Source of the DNA: Takakia lepidozioides
Taxonomy: Eukaryota; Plantae; Bryophyta
Assembly: GCA_030704615.1 (NCBI GenBank)
Contig: CM060731.1
Coordinates: 33,976,001 to 34,040,000, forward strand
Length of the DNA stretch: 64,000 bases
Reading direction: 5' to 3'
In this document: one piece after another, positions 1 to 14,110 of the stretch
Layout: every line of letters begins with the position of its first letter
How positions within the stretch are numbered: the first letter of the stretch is position 1
Notes under the pieces: model-generated
What the model saw: the letters and a program-made list of their open reading frames with translations, nothing else
The model's database searches: none
What the model was told of the DNA's origin: nothing
Position numbers and translations under genes: made by a program

Positions 1-951
1 CCAGTTCGGCTTATCTAGAGAAACTGTCAGTTCACTTCACAAATGTGGTTCTGATCCTTCTGATGATGCGATAATGGAATGTGACTGTAGCAGTTCAAAC
101 AAAGCACCATGCTACGTGACTACCTAGCAAAGGTAAAGTTACGATTAATAATACGTTTTCTTTATGGTGACCAAAATCAAATCACTTGGCTCTGTCCCCC
201 ATAATGGGGATGGGCCGGAGGAGCAGCCAATGGGGAAGGCATGGGGTATAGGAATGGATTATTTATGAGGCCATGCGTGGAGCAGCAAGTTAGTAGAAAA
301 CGTGATGAGGTGGGGGGGTCGGGCATCCTTCTAGAGCTTTCCACGGGGCCGCAAGTCTTAAAGGCTCCACCACCCCCCTTGACTAACTAAATAGCAAGGC
401 CTCCACCAAAAAGTGAACAGGTATCATCACTAAATTGTATACTACGGTAGCTCAATAAATAAGTTGGGGACTGTTGGGGACGTGTTTGGCAAATATACCT
501 CTTTCAACCCTTAAGGGCCCGCCATTGGGCAAATTTCAGCCCCAAGAAAAGTAACATATGGCGAGTTAATTGAGGCTACACACCTTACCATATTAGATCC
601 AAAATTTTGAACCTTACCATATTCACCTTGCCTACCATGTACATCTACCCAAAATTGTGGAGGAAATTCACCACGCGACAAGAGAGATTTTAATGTTTTA
701 GGGGGGGGGGGGGGGGGGGGTTGTTTATGGATTTTGCAACTTTATGAAACTTGAGCTTTGACCAAGCTTTTTGGGTGACGGGGGGAAAGAATTTTCCTGC
801 TCCTACCTCCCACATAGAAATGTGGTATGGTATCCTAACTAAGTACTATAAAACTTTCAAGCCAAACAGCCCTTTTCATTATTAGGGTTTTTGTATGTGC
901 TTATTGGGGGGTCAAAATGATCTCCATAGCTTAGCAATTCAAGGACCAACA

Positions 952-1172
952 GACAATAGCTTAGTTGGTTAGTGCAATGAGTGCCACCCAGATGATTCTG
1001 GGGTCAAATCCTGCTACTTGACGGGAGTGGCATACTCTTCACCCCCTTCCCTGGGCTACGCCTTCGTGGCGAGGTAACTGTGAAAGAGGTTATTTTCTCT
1101 TCTCACTATCAAAGGGCTTGATTTGTGAGCTGTTGCTCCAAGGTGTTTGCCTTAAAATGTTTTTTTTTTTTT
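952..1172 (+). mobile_element. tRNA-derived SINE, copy 1
   Basis: A-box-like TAGCTTAGTTGG and B-box-like GGGTCAAATCC. The body (CTGTGAAAGAGGTTATTTTCTC...GCTCCAAGGTGTTT) recurs in reverse orientation at 10208-10418. Confidence 0.75.
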
Positions 1173-1631
1173 AAGGGGAGCCAATTCAAAAATTAACACC
1201 TTTGTAATTAGATGTTTCACTTAATCCTTGCTATGAGGGTGTGGATTACACTACAATAAAAAGTATTTAAAGTCCAGTGAATTTAGAGAGCCTACTGCTC
1301 AACACACAGGCCATCGAGGGCCCAATGGACGGTCTGAAGGCACATGTTGACGGATTGAACCAGTGGTAGACTTTGAAAAGGAGGGTTCCCAAGTTTGCCC
1401 AATTGTGGGCCAATTATGACTCGCCACATAGACTGTCAACTCTACATGGCCCTTCTTGCATGCTCCAGTTTCATGACCCCAGGGGTTTCCAGAATACGTA
1501 GAGCAGTTTCATTCGGCCCGGTTAATCCTAGAGTGGTCCAGGTTTTAGCGTGGTCCAGGAGTTAAAAGAGGGGGCCAATGTATTAAGGCCACTTGTATTA
1601 TTTAATGAAATGAAGGATCCAAAAATTAAGG

Positions 1632-1742
1632 ATTGACTTTCTAGCGTGGGCTTTCTAGATAGTTCTAGTTCTAGCTGACTTTCTAGATAGTTCTACTTCT
1701 AGTTGACTTTCTACATAGTTCCAGTTTCTAGATACTTCTACT
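1632..1742. repeat. Short tandem repeat, ~28-bp unit (CTTTCTAGATAGTTCTAGTTCTAGCTGA-like)
   Basis: Three to four diverged copies are directly visible. Confidence 0.7.
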
Positions 1743-2329
1743 AATATGTCGGTCCGGTGAGAAGCAATTGACTAGTTGCTTGTAACTTGTGTCTTCAACA
1801 TGCTGGCATAGAAAGTAGTAAGCGTGTCTCACTAGTGGTTTGAGAGCCAGAGCCAGCGTGAGTAGTTGTTTGCTATGTTGGGGTCGGGCCAGGTATGGCA
1901 GGTAGGATCAAAGTGGCTGCAAGAGGGAAAGACAAGGCGACGGAGGGTGCAGAGAAGTTCATATAGGCAAGTGTTACTATCGGTCCCCTTTATTCCACTT
2001 GATTTAGTGACACTCACCATGCATTTTAGTGACAAGTGGCTTCCTGTATAGGAAGGTTGACTCTAGGTTCTCATTTCTGCAACTCTTGTGTTACCCACTT
2101 TTCAAACTTTCTATACTTCATTAATATTTGTTGCTTTCAAAGCAAGAGGGTGGGCCATGCTGTCAGAAAATGAATTGCGGTTGGGACATAAAAAATACAT
2201 ACATAGGAAAATCTACTTCCTAGAAACCTGAAACGGGTCTCATGGGCAGGGCTTGACATGATAAGTTCAAGGTCAGATAGTGGGGTAGTTGAATTACATG
2301 CCGCATACCAGATACCCTAAGATATTTGA

Positions 2330-3445
2330 TGCTATTTCTGAGTCTTGACCGAAATGGGCAGGAGATTTTCAAGTATCTGAATATTAGTCGGGAAGAGTTG
2401 ACCCTACTGGGTGAAGCTGACTTGGAGGTGGTTGTGTCCAAAGCCATGTCTAATACCCAAAAGGCTGTCCAATGAGAGTGAAGGTAGGCATAAAAATTTC
2501 CTGAACTTGTTTCAAGTCTATGACAAGGCCAAGGACCTTAAAGGGCCTTACCTACCCTGGGGCACTAGACTGAAATTTAAACTCAGGGCGGGAAGCCTTT
2601 CTTTGAACAATAAACGGATGCAAAGAGGACGACGAGATTGTAATTGCCCAGTGTGCGGGCAGCCTGAAGACAATATCCATTTTCTGATACATTGTCTAGT
2701 ACACTCCCACCAGAGAGTGACCCTTCAGGACCATCAAGGACATTGTCCCCCCACCTATTTTCTTTGCACTTCCCTGGGTTTTTCCCTGGCGTTAATGCCA
2801 CAGCATTTTGGGCAGGAGTGTCTAGTTTTCTAGGTGAGCTTTCTCTCCCTCTCCAGATTTACCCTGCTGGATGAATCTGACTTAGAGGCTGTAGTGTCCA
2901 GAGCCTTGTCTCTTGCCAGGAAATTGTCTGATGAATATGAAGTTAGGCAGAAAACTTCCCTGAACTTGTTGCCAATTTGTGACATGGGAGAGGGGACTGC
3001 AATTTGAACTCAGGGCGGGAAGCCTGCATTGGAACAGCAAACAGATGCAGAGAGGAAAGGGGGATTGCATGTGTGGGCAACCTGAAGACAATATTCATTT
3101 TCTGATTCATTGTCCTGGGTACTCTCACCAGAGACGCCCTCTTCAAATCCATCAGGGGATTTGTGCCTGTACCCCTGTTTACCAACTTTGAAAATCTCGA
3201 GGCTGAACCAAAAGCGCAGGCCCTTTTGGGGCCTAGTTATTGGCAAATCACACAGCAGATTGATGCTTGTGTGAAGGATTTCTAGAGGATATCTGGAAAT
3301 CTCGGATTAATTGTCTGTTCCAAGGTAAGTCATACTACCGGCGTCAGCCCCTGACAAAGGTAGTTTCTGCTCCTTTGTGTTCTGCTCAAACTGAGCGCAG
3401 GATCAATGGCCACAAGGGGACCGCAGACAACGTCGTACAAGTACA
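2330..3445 (+). mobile_element. Two adjacent 3'-end fragments of an RTEX-like LINE
   Basis: C-terminal RLKFKLRAGSL...CPVCGQPEDNIHFLIHC zinc-finger region occurs twice. 2860-3445 is nearly identical to 6850-7466 and ends in the family 3' terminus. Confidence 0.85.
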
Positions 3446-4118
3446 GTCTCCCTGGGTGATAGGCAAAGACCTAGTGGAAGTGCCATCAATTTTTTTTTCT
3501 GGCCAGCTGTAGTGAGAACTGAGTACTAACAAATAACCACCCAAACCACTTAATCTGAAGGACCACTGCAGGTATGCATTTCAGTAGTAATCAAGACTGT
3601 AAACCTGTTGAAACTTGAAACACCAAGGAATATCCTCTTGCTTGCCAAGTTTTAGTAACAGTGTCTTTGTGGTCACTGGATTAATAGCTACGTACTGACT
3701 AACTGTTAGAGCTCACGTCCTACTGTTCATGGTTGCAAATCCTTTCACATGGGGGGGGGGGGGGGATTCTGACCTACTAAACCTGCACCACAGGCAATAA
3801 CTAGGTCACTGCTGGTGGAAAAGTTCAACCTTTAGTGATCGTCACCTCGCAAGTGACAGACCTGGAACACAATTACACCAACCGTGGGTAAGTGTGTGGG
3901 CAACAATTGTGACTAGTATACCATTCCCATGCTCTCCCAAGTTAACATTCACCAGATATTTACACTGGTGACCAATTGGACTGATACCTCCAACCAACAA
4001 TCTGTTGCCCTGATCCACAACTCCTGGAAAAAGCTGCTCGAACAGTAGATTCAATCCACCTGCATTCATACACTGGGAAGTCGGGGTACCATCACTTAAT
4101 CCACAAAGGCTTGACAGG

Positions 4119-7100
4119 CTAGGAGCGACAGGAGGAGAGAAAGATGCCTCCACAGAAGAAAGCAAGGACAATGTAGACCAACAGGATGAAGAGACAAGTC
4201 AATAACGCCCTGCATAAGACACAGCCAACCTAAATTTAGAGGGTTTGTGAAAGAATGGAAGACAGGAATCTTTGGTGAAATCAAGATCCTGAAGAGAAAA
4301 ATAAGGAGATGATCAACAGATAATATTGTAGTCTAAGACCCTTCGTCAAGGACCCATACATCCTGTTGAAGAAACTGCAAGAAGCACATTCCTTGATTGA
4401 CTAACAAGGACATCCAATCCAATGGTAATGCTCACTTCTTTCATGATCAAGGATGACTATGACTGCCACCAATTAAGTACAAAAGAACATCACCACAATC
4501 TCCGATAGAATTAGAACTGTTTGTTACAAAGGCGCAGCAGGACGTTGAGAAAGAAATGAAATGGTACTTTCTAACATCCGTGGAAAGCTCAAAGAGCTTA
4601 TGGGACAAGAGACCATCCATGCTGCTTGTATGATAGCAATGCCAGCCCGAAAAGAACATTTGATCACCTAAAACAACACTCGGTTGCAATACCCTGGGGA
4701 AATCACAAGCAGCTCCACGAGGATTGGTTTCCCAGGAAGATATGTCCTCAGGGGGGCATCATAGTGACCATTTTCAGAGAAAGGATAATGGAAAGAGAAC
4801 ACTGGTTTTCTCCTGCTCTGCTGATTATGAGAGCAGAGGAGATATTACATTGTTTCGAGACTCCTCATCTTTGGTCGAAGTATTAAGTTGCAGATCAGAA
4901 GTGCTTGATCATTTTTCTTCTTTGAGACACCTCCTTGTCTGGAAGCAGGTAGTGTGTTTCTTTTGGTTCCTAGGCCTTTTGAGCACTGTTTCATTTTTAT
5001 CCACACTCTGTACCATGTCCTATTGGGCTTCTTTTGAACACCATATATGTGCCCTTCTTTCTCTCTTTCTTTCTTTCACTCGGTAATCCACAAGGCTTGG
5101 AGAATTCTTCTAAACATGATCGGAACGAACTCATCAAGTGAGAGCTGATGGAATTCCATCTTAAGCGGACCTGGAAATCACAATTGACGTCTCTATTGCT
5201 GGCATTGGGACGGGTTCAGGGAGGGAATCCACAGACTGAACATGGAGACAGGCAGATGGGAAAACCTGCAACGTGCTCAACCTTCATGCCCAGCTTGTGC
5301 TATGGAAAACAGACAACAGATTGACACCAAGGAGATTTTTCGTTATGAGGACCAGAGGATGCCTGGTGGCATATCTGCACGAGGCTCTCAAACTTGGAGA
5401 ACATTTCCACATTAAAGACTAGGTTTTGGGCTTCTTTTTGGGCCCACTTTTTCCCCTCTTTCTTGCTTTCTAGCTCTCGAGCTTTCCACAGACAGTAAAA
5501 AGTTTCTCTCTTTTTTTCCTTTTCTATTGAGCACCATCCCAAAGGGGTTCGATTCTTTGTCCGTGATTCTTGTGTGACAATTGTGAAATTATCAACAAGG
5601 GTTTGCAGTATGAGCACAGTATTTGGCTAAAACTGAAACTGAAGGGCGGCGTGAATACGAAGGACCTCTTTATGGGTTGTGTTTACATGCCCACAGAGAG
5701 GACCCTTGTTTTTTTTTTCATAGTTATAAGTACTCATCTCGAGGTTGATCTGGATTCTAGAGGTTGTTTCCACAAAGGCCAAGTTGGCTTTCGGCGAAAC
5801 AGGGGCTGTGTGGATCATATCTTCACTCTAAGCCAGGTTATCCAGGGAAGGAAAAAAGAAGGGAAACCCACTTTTGTTTTTTTCTTGGATGTCAAAAAGG
5901 CTTATGACAGAGGCTCCGTGTGGAGCGACGGTCTATGGCTCCGACTCTGGTCATGTGGGATCAAGAGAAAGATGTGGAGAGTTGTCCATAACTTGTATGC
6001 TCACACCAAAAAGCTGTGTCACTGTTAATGGACATAAGTCTAACTTCTGTGATATAGACCCAAGGTGTAGCTCAAGGATGTACCCTCTCCCCTCGGCTCT
6101 TCAATGTTTTAATCAATCAACTCCTCGAGGATGTGGAAAGGTGATGCCACCATACCAGCCCTTATGTTTGCGGATGACTTCACAGGCATAGGGGAGACTC
6201 CTTCCAATCTCCAGGAGTTGATTGATTGCATGAAGAGATTCTTTGACCTTTGTGGGCTAGAGGCTAATGTCAGTAAATGTGCAGTGGGGTGGCATTCAAC
6301 GACCGAGGAGAGCTCAAGTGGCAGTGGGGAAGCGAAGAGATTCTGGTCCTCCCTTCCCTACACATACCTCGGCATTTAGTTTTCCTCCAACTGTAATTGG
6401 GATGCACATATTCAGAAAGTTGTTCAAACTGGCAAGCGCAAAGCGCTGGTCTCACTTTCCACTGCAGAGGGATCAACTCTGGTCGAGAAAACCATGCTTT
6501 GTCACGTTATTAGACCTGCCTTGGAGTACGCATCTGCAATATGGATTGATAACTCCAACCAGGCTAAGTCTCTAGAATCCATTCAAGTGGGGGTGCTTAA
6601 GGAGTGCATGTCAGCATGCTCCAAAACAGCCAATGTGGCTGTTCGGGGTGAGTTGGGCATCCCTTCCTTAAGCTCCCGACGAGATGAATTCAAGGTCAGG
6701 TGGTGGGGACAGCTGCAACATTATGTCCAACATCAGATATCCTCAGTTAATTGACTCTACATCTTGGAAACAGGATCCCCCTGTCAAACAGGCTAAGTCC
6801 TGGCAGAAGAGAAGAGAAGAGGATCTGAATCTTAGCCCGCAAGTCTTGACCCTGCTGGATAAATCTGACTTAGAGGCTGTAGTGTCCATAGCCCTGTCTG
6901 TTGCCAGGAAATTGTCTGATGTAAATGAAGTTAGGCAGAAAACTATCCTGAACTTGTTTTCAGTCTGTGACATGGGAAAGGACAGCATGGATGACCTCAG
7001 GGGTTTACCCACTCTCTGCACTAGACTGAAATTTAAACTCAGGACGGGAAGCCTACCTTTGAACAGCAAACAGATGCAGAGAGGAAAGGGGGATGCATGT

Positions 7101-9068
7101 GTGGGCAACCTGAAGACAATATTCATTTTCTGATAAATTGTCCTGGGTACTCTCACCAGAGACGCCCTCTTCAAATCCATCAGGGGATTTGTGCCTGTAC
7201 CTCTGTTTACCAACTTTGAAAATCTCGAGGCTGAACCAAAAGCGCAGGCCCTTTTGGGGCCTAGTTATTGGCAAATCACACAAACCAGATTGATGCTTGT
7301 GTAAAGGGATTTCTAGAGGATATCTGGTAAACTCGGATCAGTTGTCTGTTCCAAGGTAAGTCATACTACCGGCATCAGCCCCTGACAAAGGTAGTTTCCA
7401 CCCCTTTGTGTTCCGCTCAAACTGGGTCAATGGCCACAAGGCTTTGGCAAACGTCTTATGAGTACCTTCTCTCCCCAGGTTGTGTGATTGGAAGAGTCAT
7501 GCTTGTGGTCGAATTGGGCAGCAGTGCTGTAATCTATGTTATGTTAAATCCCAGGATGTCCATAACAACCCATATATCAAACATTCCACCCCTTATAAAC
7601 AGATTGGCTGGGCGCCAAGTGTCTCTCAACCACCTCAACACTGACCTTCTCACTAAATTTATGAAGCTGCATACAGGTCTGCGTCACTTACAAAAGTTTG
7701 GCATTCTTGATCCAAACAGATCGCCGAAGACGACGTGATTGCTTCTTAAAATGAAACGTGTTGTCCTGGATCTGGGCTGTCTTGTCTACCAACAGTTCTA
7801 TCCTATCACCTCTCTCCAACACCTTGTCAATATTTTGAACCATTACTGCCCGCACCTGCTAACATTTCACTGGTCTTAGAATCCCACAGATGACCCCAAG
7901 CATATGAAATACAAAAAGAACTAGAAAGAAAAATAGAGGAGAGAGAGAGACAAGAAGGCAACAAAGCACAGATGAGCAACAGAAGGTCAGGCGCCACTAT
8001 GATAAGTGGACAAAGAGAAGAAAAAGGTAAAGGCATAATAGGGGGAAGGAGAAGAGGGGATTTAGGTGAAAGAAAGAGTCAGTAAGCAGAAATTGAAATA
8101 CACATACCTCAGCAAGTTCACCTTTGACACGGTTGATGCTATCAGCACTAGGGTCGCTTGAGAAGTACTCCATCTGCTGTTGTAGTACCCTTGAAAACTC
8201 ATCATTCATGGCATATGCTAGCGCAGTTGTTGCCACGCGCCCATAGGTTTTCATGAACCTGACATGAATATCCTCCAGATATGAGAATGGAATTCGTCCT
8301 GTGAAATGCCATAAGATCCCATCAACCCATCAAACAACCTAACCTGCAACGTTAAAAATCACCTTGTTTAGACCACCAAGGAATCCTCTCCTTTATTTCA
8401 TGCAGTCACAATTGTAGACTACTCCAGGTTCAAAGTAGTAAGCGATGCTGCCATGGCGCTATGAACATGTGGCAACACCAAAGGCCTCTAAACAGACACG
8501 GACATTCCTTATCCACCTAAAAACTTCGTTCAAAACCCTGTTTCTTACTGCACCGGTACATTCCCTGAATGATCTATTCTCACTTGCACTCCTCATCAGA
8601 TATGTCCATGTACCACAGAAGATGAGCTGAATTTTATAAAAGATTGAAGTATGGTGCAAAAATTCAGCAAGAATCTTCTCCCGACATAAAGAAAGGACCC
8701 GATGTTCAACTGGTAAGCAGTAAACAGATCAACCAATCAAAAATAATATATTCAAATGTTAGTGGCCAACAATGGTACTCATAATTAATGGAACTAGAGA
8801 AGGAGAACGAAAGACACGGCAAAGCAAGAAAGAGATTTATTGTGGTCTTACTTCCAAAATTGTCGTTGGCCATGCAGAGAAAAGTGAGGGCATCAGCCTT
8901 CATAATGTGAAAGATATGGCGGTCTTGAGAATATGAGACACGGCTGTCGCCCCCTGGAGGCAGTTTCTCCATAATGCGTCTGGCTATGGTGCCTGCATTT
9001 CCTGAAGCAGCACTGAACTCCGCAAGCACCACAGTGCCTCTAGCCACCAATGCGTACAGAATTGTCAT
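4119..9068 (-). CDS. VAMP71: Vesicle-associated membrane protein VAMP71-type R-SNARE (longin + synaptobrevin + TM), 220 aa; exons 9068-8852, 8298-8108, 7855-7692, 4209-4119
   Basis: MTILYALVARGTVVLAEFS longin start; RRIPFSYLEDIHVRF; VMVQNIDKVLERGDRIELLVDKT SNARE motif; TM exon ALLTCLFILLVYIVLAFFCGGIFLSSCRS*. All introns are GT-AG with consistent phases (663 nt total). Confidence 0.95.
5540..7466 (+). mobile_element. Degenerate RTEX-like LINE (endonuclease remnant, RT, C-terminal zinc finger, 3' terminus), antisense in VAMP71 intron 3
   Basis: QVGFRRNRGCVDHIFTL, FFLDVKKAYD, QGCTLSP, ALMFADDF and YTYLGI motifs; multiple frameshifts and an internal deletion; ends ...AACGTCTTATGAGTAC. Confidence 0.9.
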
Positions 9069-10207
9069 GTCTTCTCCCTATCTGTTACCTTCTCCCACAC
9101 CGACAATATCTGTCAGATTCACCTTATAGAACTCTCTTTCTCTTACACACACACCTTAAAAATCACCAGGCGGTCTCATCTGTCAACATTCTACAAAAAG
9201 AAAGTATGGTACGAATGACACATGGAGGCTACTACCTGGGGGGTATCTCAATCGCCGGATTAAACATCCAGACACAATCTTGAGTTTCATACCTCGAAAC
9301 TTTATCGGCACCTTCCCCACCGGCCCAGCAATTCCACGTTCTAAAACAAATCACCTGTCGTAGTCAATCCTCAATGCTAAATCGAAAAATCACTCCTCAA
9401 AAAACCTGTTTTGGAATTGTAGCCTCCTTGAATATCCTACTACACCTAATATCTGTAATTCAACCAACAGCGAGAGCTCAGGGATGGAGTCGCTTACAGA
9501 GCACCTTTCGCATAAGAAACCCTCCAGTCCAGTATATGCCAGGAAATGCGGAATATAAGCTTACAGAAGCTATACACTATGAATCTTCCACATTATAGAA
9601 ACTTGAACCACCAGACCAAGCAAACAATCTGAGCAGACGAAAGGAAACTGAGAGCAAGAGAGTTGTGAAAACGCGAAGCAGAGACAGGAACACCGAATTC
9701 ACATGTAGCTTCTCCAAAAACTTTTTGGTCAAAAACTTTTTGGATCTGTTTCCAAACAAGATATCGACTGTAGCACGAGAAGACTGAGAAAGAGTGTGAA
9801 AACACAGTAAATAAATGCGAAATGATGAAAAAAAACAGAAAAACCTCGTTGAGACAAAGAGAGAGGGAGGGAGAGGCAGCACTCGTAGGATTTCGAAGAA
9901 CCACGATACAAACTTCCAATGCAGGACTGACCAAGAATTGATTTTTGAAATACAGAGCATGGAGAGGGAGAGCAGACAGCACTCTCCCTCGCGGGGGAAA
10001 TTGAGACCGAGAGAAACGATTTCCTTACTAAAGGAAATCAGCTACAACCGGCTATTACCGGTCGTCCCTATCCCCTGAGAGATCTTGACCGCTTATTATC
10101 CATCTGACACTGAAAGTACGCCACGTGACCTGGCTGTGGTCTCAGAAATCAGCACGTGTCTGTGATGAACCCATGGCACGTGGGGGGTTATATTGCGGTG
10201 GTAGCAT

Positions 10208-10418
10208 GTTTTTTTTTAAAGGGAAACACCTTGGAGCGACGGCCTCTCACAACTTAGACCCCTTACTTAATAGTGAGAGGAGAAAATAACCTCTTTCACA
10301 GTAACCCGCCATGAGGCGTAGGAACGGGGCACCACCTAGGAACCATACCACACCCATCAGTAGCAAGATTTGACCCAGAATCGTCTGGGTAGCACTCAGT
10401 GCAAGTTAACCAAGTTGG
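10208..10418 (-). mobile_element. tRNA-derived SINE, copy 2
   Basis: Reverse complement aligns with 961-1155; A-rich tail (T run at 10208-10217 on +). Confidence 0.75.
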
Positions 10419-11189
10419 TGCATGTTTCAAGCTTCATCGATGAATATGGATTAATGTGGAAGATGATTAGCGACGCTCGAAATTCATTAAAGATTGACTA
10501 CCAAGTACATACACTCTTTGATTGGTTGAGCTGGACATAAGAGTTGCAAATATCGTGTTAGAAATTAAGGACATGGGTGAGTCCAGCCACTGACTTTGTG
10601 CTATTACAAATATGTATAGATTTATTCTGAATTTCCTCAACCAACAACTGGAGAATAAGTAAGTAGGAGATCAAATCAGATCTTTACGTTGTATGCACCA
10701 CATCTGCATAAAGTTAATAGCCACATGGCTTGCAATAGTGCCCACTGTTTGAATTTGTTTCTTCACCCTATATTCTGCTCCAAGAGGTGTGTTAAACCAT
10801 GAGCCTAAAAGCGTGAGCCTGTGTGAGTTAGGTTTGTGGGCTTAATTCCGCGAAAGACAGACACAAATCCGCAATAGGCCCAACAATATAGAAATGCAAC
10901 CCAGTGTACATTAGCGAGCATGCCGGAGAATGAATGTTGTCAATGCATGTATTCCATGATGGTGTCTTTTAAGACTTGCTTCAAGCTTTGAGCAACCAGA
11001 TATTCAAAATGTGGCACGCGACTCGCACTTGTATGGAAAGCAAATCCAGATTCTTTCATATGGTGCCCATTAATCCAAGTATGACAAACAAGAGGATTTA
11101 AAGATGAATAAGAAGAAATAGCTCCTACAAGATTGGAAGCCAAATGGTTCATTATAAGCAAAAAAGATTCGTTAGGTGGATTACATTGC

Positions 11190-14110
11190 CAACAAATCAT
11201 AACACAACAATCCACATGGAGATCCAATTGAATTATACTTTTTACTCAAAAATATGTATGTAGAATTGTGGTGGATGAAAATGGCTTATCTTTGTATTTT
11301 TCACCACCAACTTGTTGCTAGTTGGGAGGGCCACAACACAATGTGTTTTCTATTGTACATTGGAGATGGTGTCATCATTGGCATAGAGAAGGTCGGGATG
11401 GAGAGGAAGGCATAGTTGATGCGCTTCGCAGCTAAACTAGCATCTCTTGGTATTAATTAGTCCTACCCATTGTTTGATTAATGTGAATGACAGCTAAATT
11501 GTGCCATCTGTAGTTTACCAGTTGCGCCGGTCATAGAGAAAGAGAGAAAGAGAAGGTACTCATAAAACGACGTTGTTTGTCATAGCCCTACACCAGCTTG
11601 GGCAAAACAGAGAATTATATACTCGTAAGTCGTAAGAGATTCAAAGACTTTAATAGTGTTGGAATAAATTCTTGAGAGCAATTGACATCCGGATGGTGAG
11701 GTCACACTTGAAACAAAAGCGTATATTGATCATGATAGCAAACGGATCTTGGATTTGAATGTCATGTAAAGGTACTTATGGGGGCTGTCAACTGTTTCTA
11801 GCATCCTACGTCATATGGTCAAAATGTGGTTATTGCATGCAATCCAGAATTTGCACAAACTCCAAAACAGTGTATGTGTGAAGTCTGCATTGTGGCTATG
11901 AGATACTAACCTCGATCATTTGCAAGAGTAGAAACCCACTTGGATGTGCCCGGATCTCGTTGATGTCACCAAATCGCAATGCCAAAGCCATGCAATGATA
12001 TAGCTAAGTCACTCCTCCAAGCAATAAAGACAGCAATACCTAACCAACCGTAAACCTTAAGCACTTTTAAGTCACTGGAAATGGCATTTAACTCCAACTT
12101 CACTTCCGCAAATCCATCTTTCATGTCCACAAGCACTCCATGTTGATGGTGGCGTGAATATCACTTCACGCTTTCTCCATCTCCATCTCCATCTCCACTG
12201 TGGTACTTTTTCTTGGAGGCGTCTCACATCTGCTTCCCATGCCGCATTACGGTCCTCCATGGGTGTGCTACAACGGAGCCCAGTTTCGTCTCTCGGAGTA
12301 TAATTTGTCTTCTCCTCTAGGTCCATTGAGACGTAGTACCCATAGCAGAAATGCTTATATCCAAGCCAATAACCAGGAGATCAAAAGTATCAAAGTTTGT
12401 AGCATATCACAGGTTTGTGAGGTGCATTTGCGTGGTGAGCACCAGAAATTGTCATCCAAGATGGATGTGCAGCCTTTTCAATGTCAATTAAAGCTTTGGG
12501 GATAAGATTATATAGACTTGATACACATAGTTCCACATTATAATTTAAGATATGCATGGAGAGACACACCAAAAGTTAACATGATAACAACTCTCAATTC
12601 GGGGGATTAGCTAGCCGATTCCAACTCGTAACCCCCGACTACGGCCAGGCCCTTAGCTCTAGTCTTTAATAACACCAATGTACTTGGCTATTGACTAGCG
12701 GTACATTTGATTTTGAAACGTTACAATATCTAAATGTTGTACCATATCTAGTTCATTTAAAATAGAAACATGGATTTTGTTAGTGTTCTTGATTTTAAGA
12801 ATATCATAATATTATACTTTGCTACTTTGTTTTTTTCAAAGTTCTGAAAAAAAAATTAAGTACATAAATGATGAACCATATCGTATTATCTAGCTTTGAA
12901 AATGTCGTGTTTATTTGTACCAAATGCAACTTTCAAATTTCTCGTACCACAATGAATCTATTTTTAAGAAAAATCTATAACTTATATACAAATGTTTGTA
13001 TCTGAATGGTAAATGAATCTAAACTAGTGATGCTAGTGGTTCCATGATGTCCAAAATATTCTTTGTACTTGAAATGATTAACTGGACAACTTTCTAGAAT
13101 GCTTAGAGAAAGGATGATGGTAGGCTTGTTTTGCAAAGTTGTTTTGTTCTATCTACTTGTCTTGACAAAAAACAAACTTTCTCTCCCTCTTTGTGGTTTT
13201 GTATGATGTTTTTTATGATTTGAATGCATTCCAAAAACTATGAAGTGTTTGGGTCTTCGGATACATAAACAAAAAGAGAAGTCTTCAAGGCTGATATCGC
13301 TTAGCAACCACTTGCAGGGTAACACTCTATTTTTTTCATCTAATTTGGTGTTGTTTCTTTTCTTTTGAAGGTCCAATTTGTTGACTTTGTTTTCATATCG
13401 TATGCTTATCTTTACCTTGGATGTATTATCTTTTAATCAAGTTTGGTTGCCTCTCAAATGAGTTCATCAAGCTCTCATATCTCATCGCATCCCTTCACAC
13501 AAATGTGATCGTTTCACCACTCAGTTCAACCTAAGGTAGAGATATGATGGGAATAAAGATATATAAGATAAACAGATAGACAAACTGTAGATACATGTAA
13601 ATCATGTGAATTCGACAAATTGATGTTGTTGTGACAACATATTGTGTTATGGCCCTCCCAACTAATCACAAATTGGTAGTGAAAAATACAGATGATAAGC
13701 CGTTTTCATTCATCACAACTCTCTATACATGTTTTTTGGGTAAAATTGTATAACTCAATCGGATCTCTATGTACGTTGTTGTGTTATCATACACAAACTT
13801 CGTTTTTCAAGAAAGTTGAATATGATACACAGAAATTTGAAAGCTGCATTTAGTAGAGATAAACACAACATTCTCAAAGCTAGATAGTTTGATACATCAT
13901 TTATGTACTTTATTTTATTTTTTTAAACTTTGAAAAGAACATTGGAATAGCAAAGAAGTAGTACAATATTATGATATTCTTAAAATCAAGATTACTAACA
14001 AAATCCATGTCTCTGTTTTGAAAAGAGCTAGAATAACATTTACATATTATAACCTTTCAAGAAATGTATAGCTAGTCAACAACCAAGCACATTGTTACTG
14101 TTAAAGGCCA
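11190..14110. repeat. Diverged inverted-repeat pairs: 11190-11345 vs 13635-13790, and 12660-12970 vs 13800-14110
   Basis: For example AACATGGATTTTGTTAGT..CTTGATTTTAAGAATATCATAATATT pairs with AATATTATGATATTCTTAAAATCAAG..ACTAACAAAATCCATG. Confidence 0.75.
11556..11588 (-). mobile_element. Minimal 3'-terminus fragment of the RTEX-like LINE
   Basis: Reverse complement GGCTATGACAAACAACGTCGTTTTATGAGTAC, followed by CTTCTCTTTCTCTCTTTCTC. Confidence 0.65.

Noticed and set aside
4330-5500. ORFs in VAMP71 intron 3 outside the LINE
   Set aside because: No recognisable motifs; could not be assigned.
7686-7692. VAMP71 lacking a transmembrane domain (in-frame TAA at the exon 3 end)
   Set aside because: The TAA is part of a GTAAGT donor; the TM exon was found at 4209-4119.
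10660-10750. RING-H2-like peptide GDQIRSLRCMHHICIKLIATWL
   Set aside because: Too short and degenerate, with missing ligands and flanking stops.
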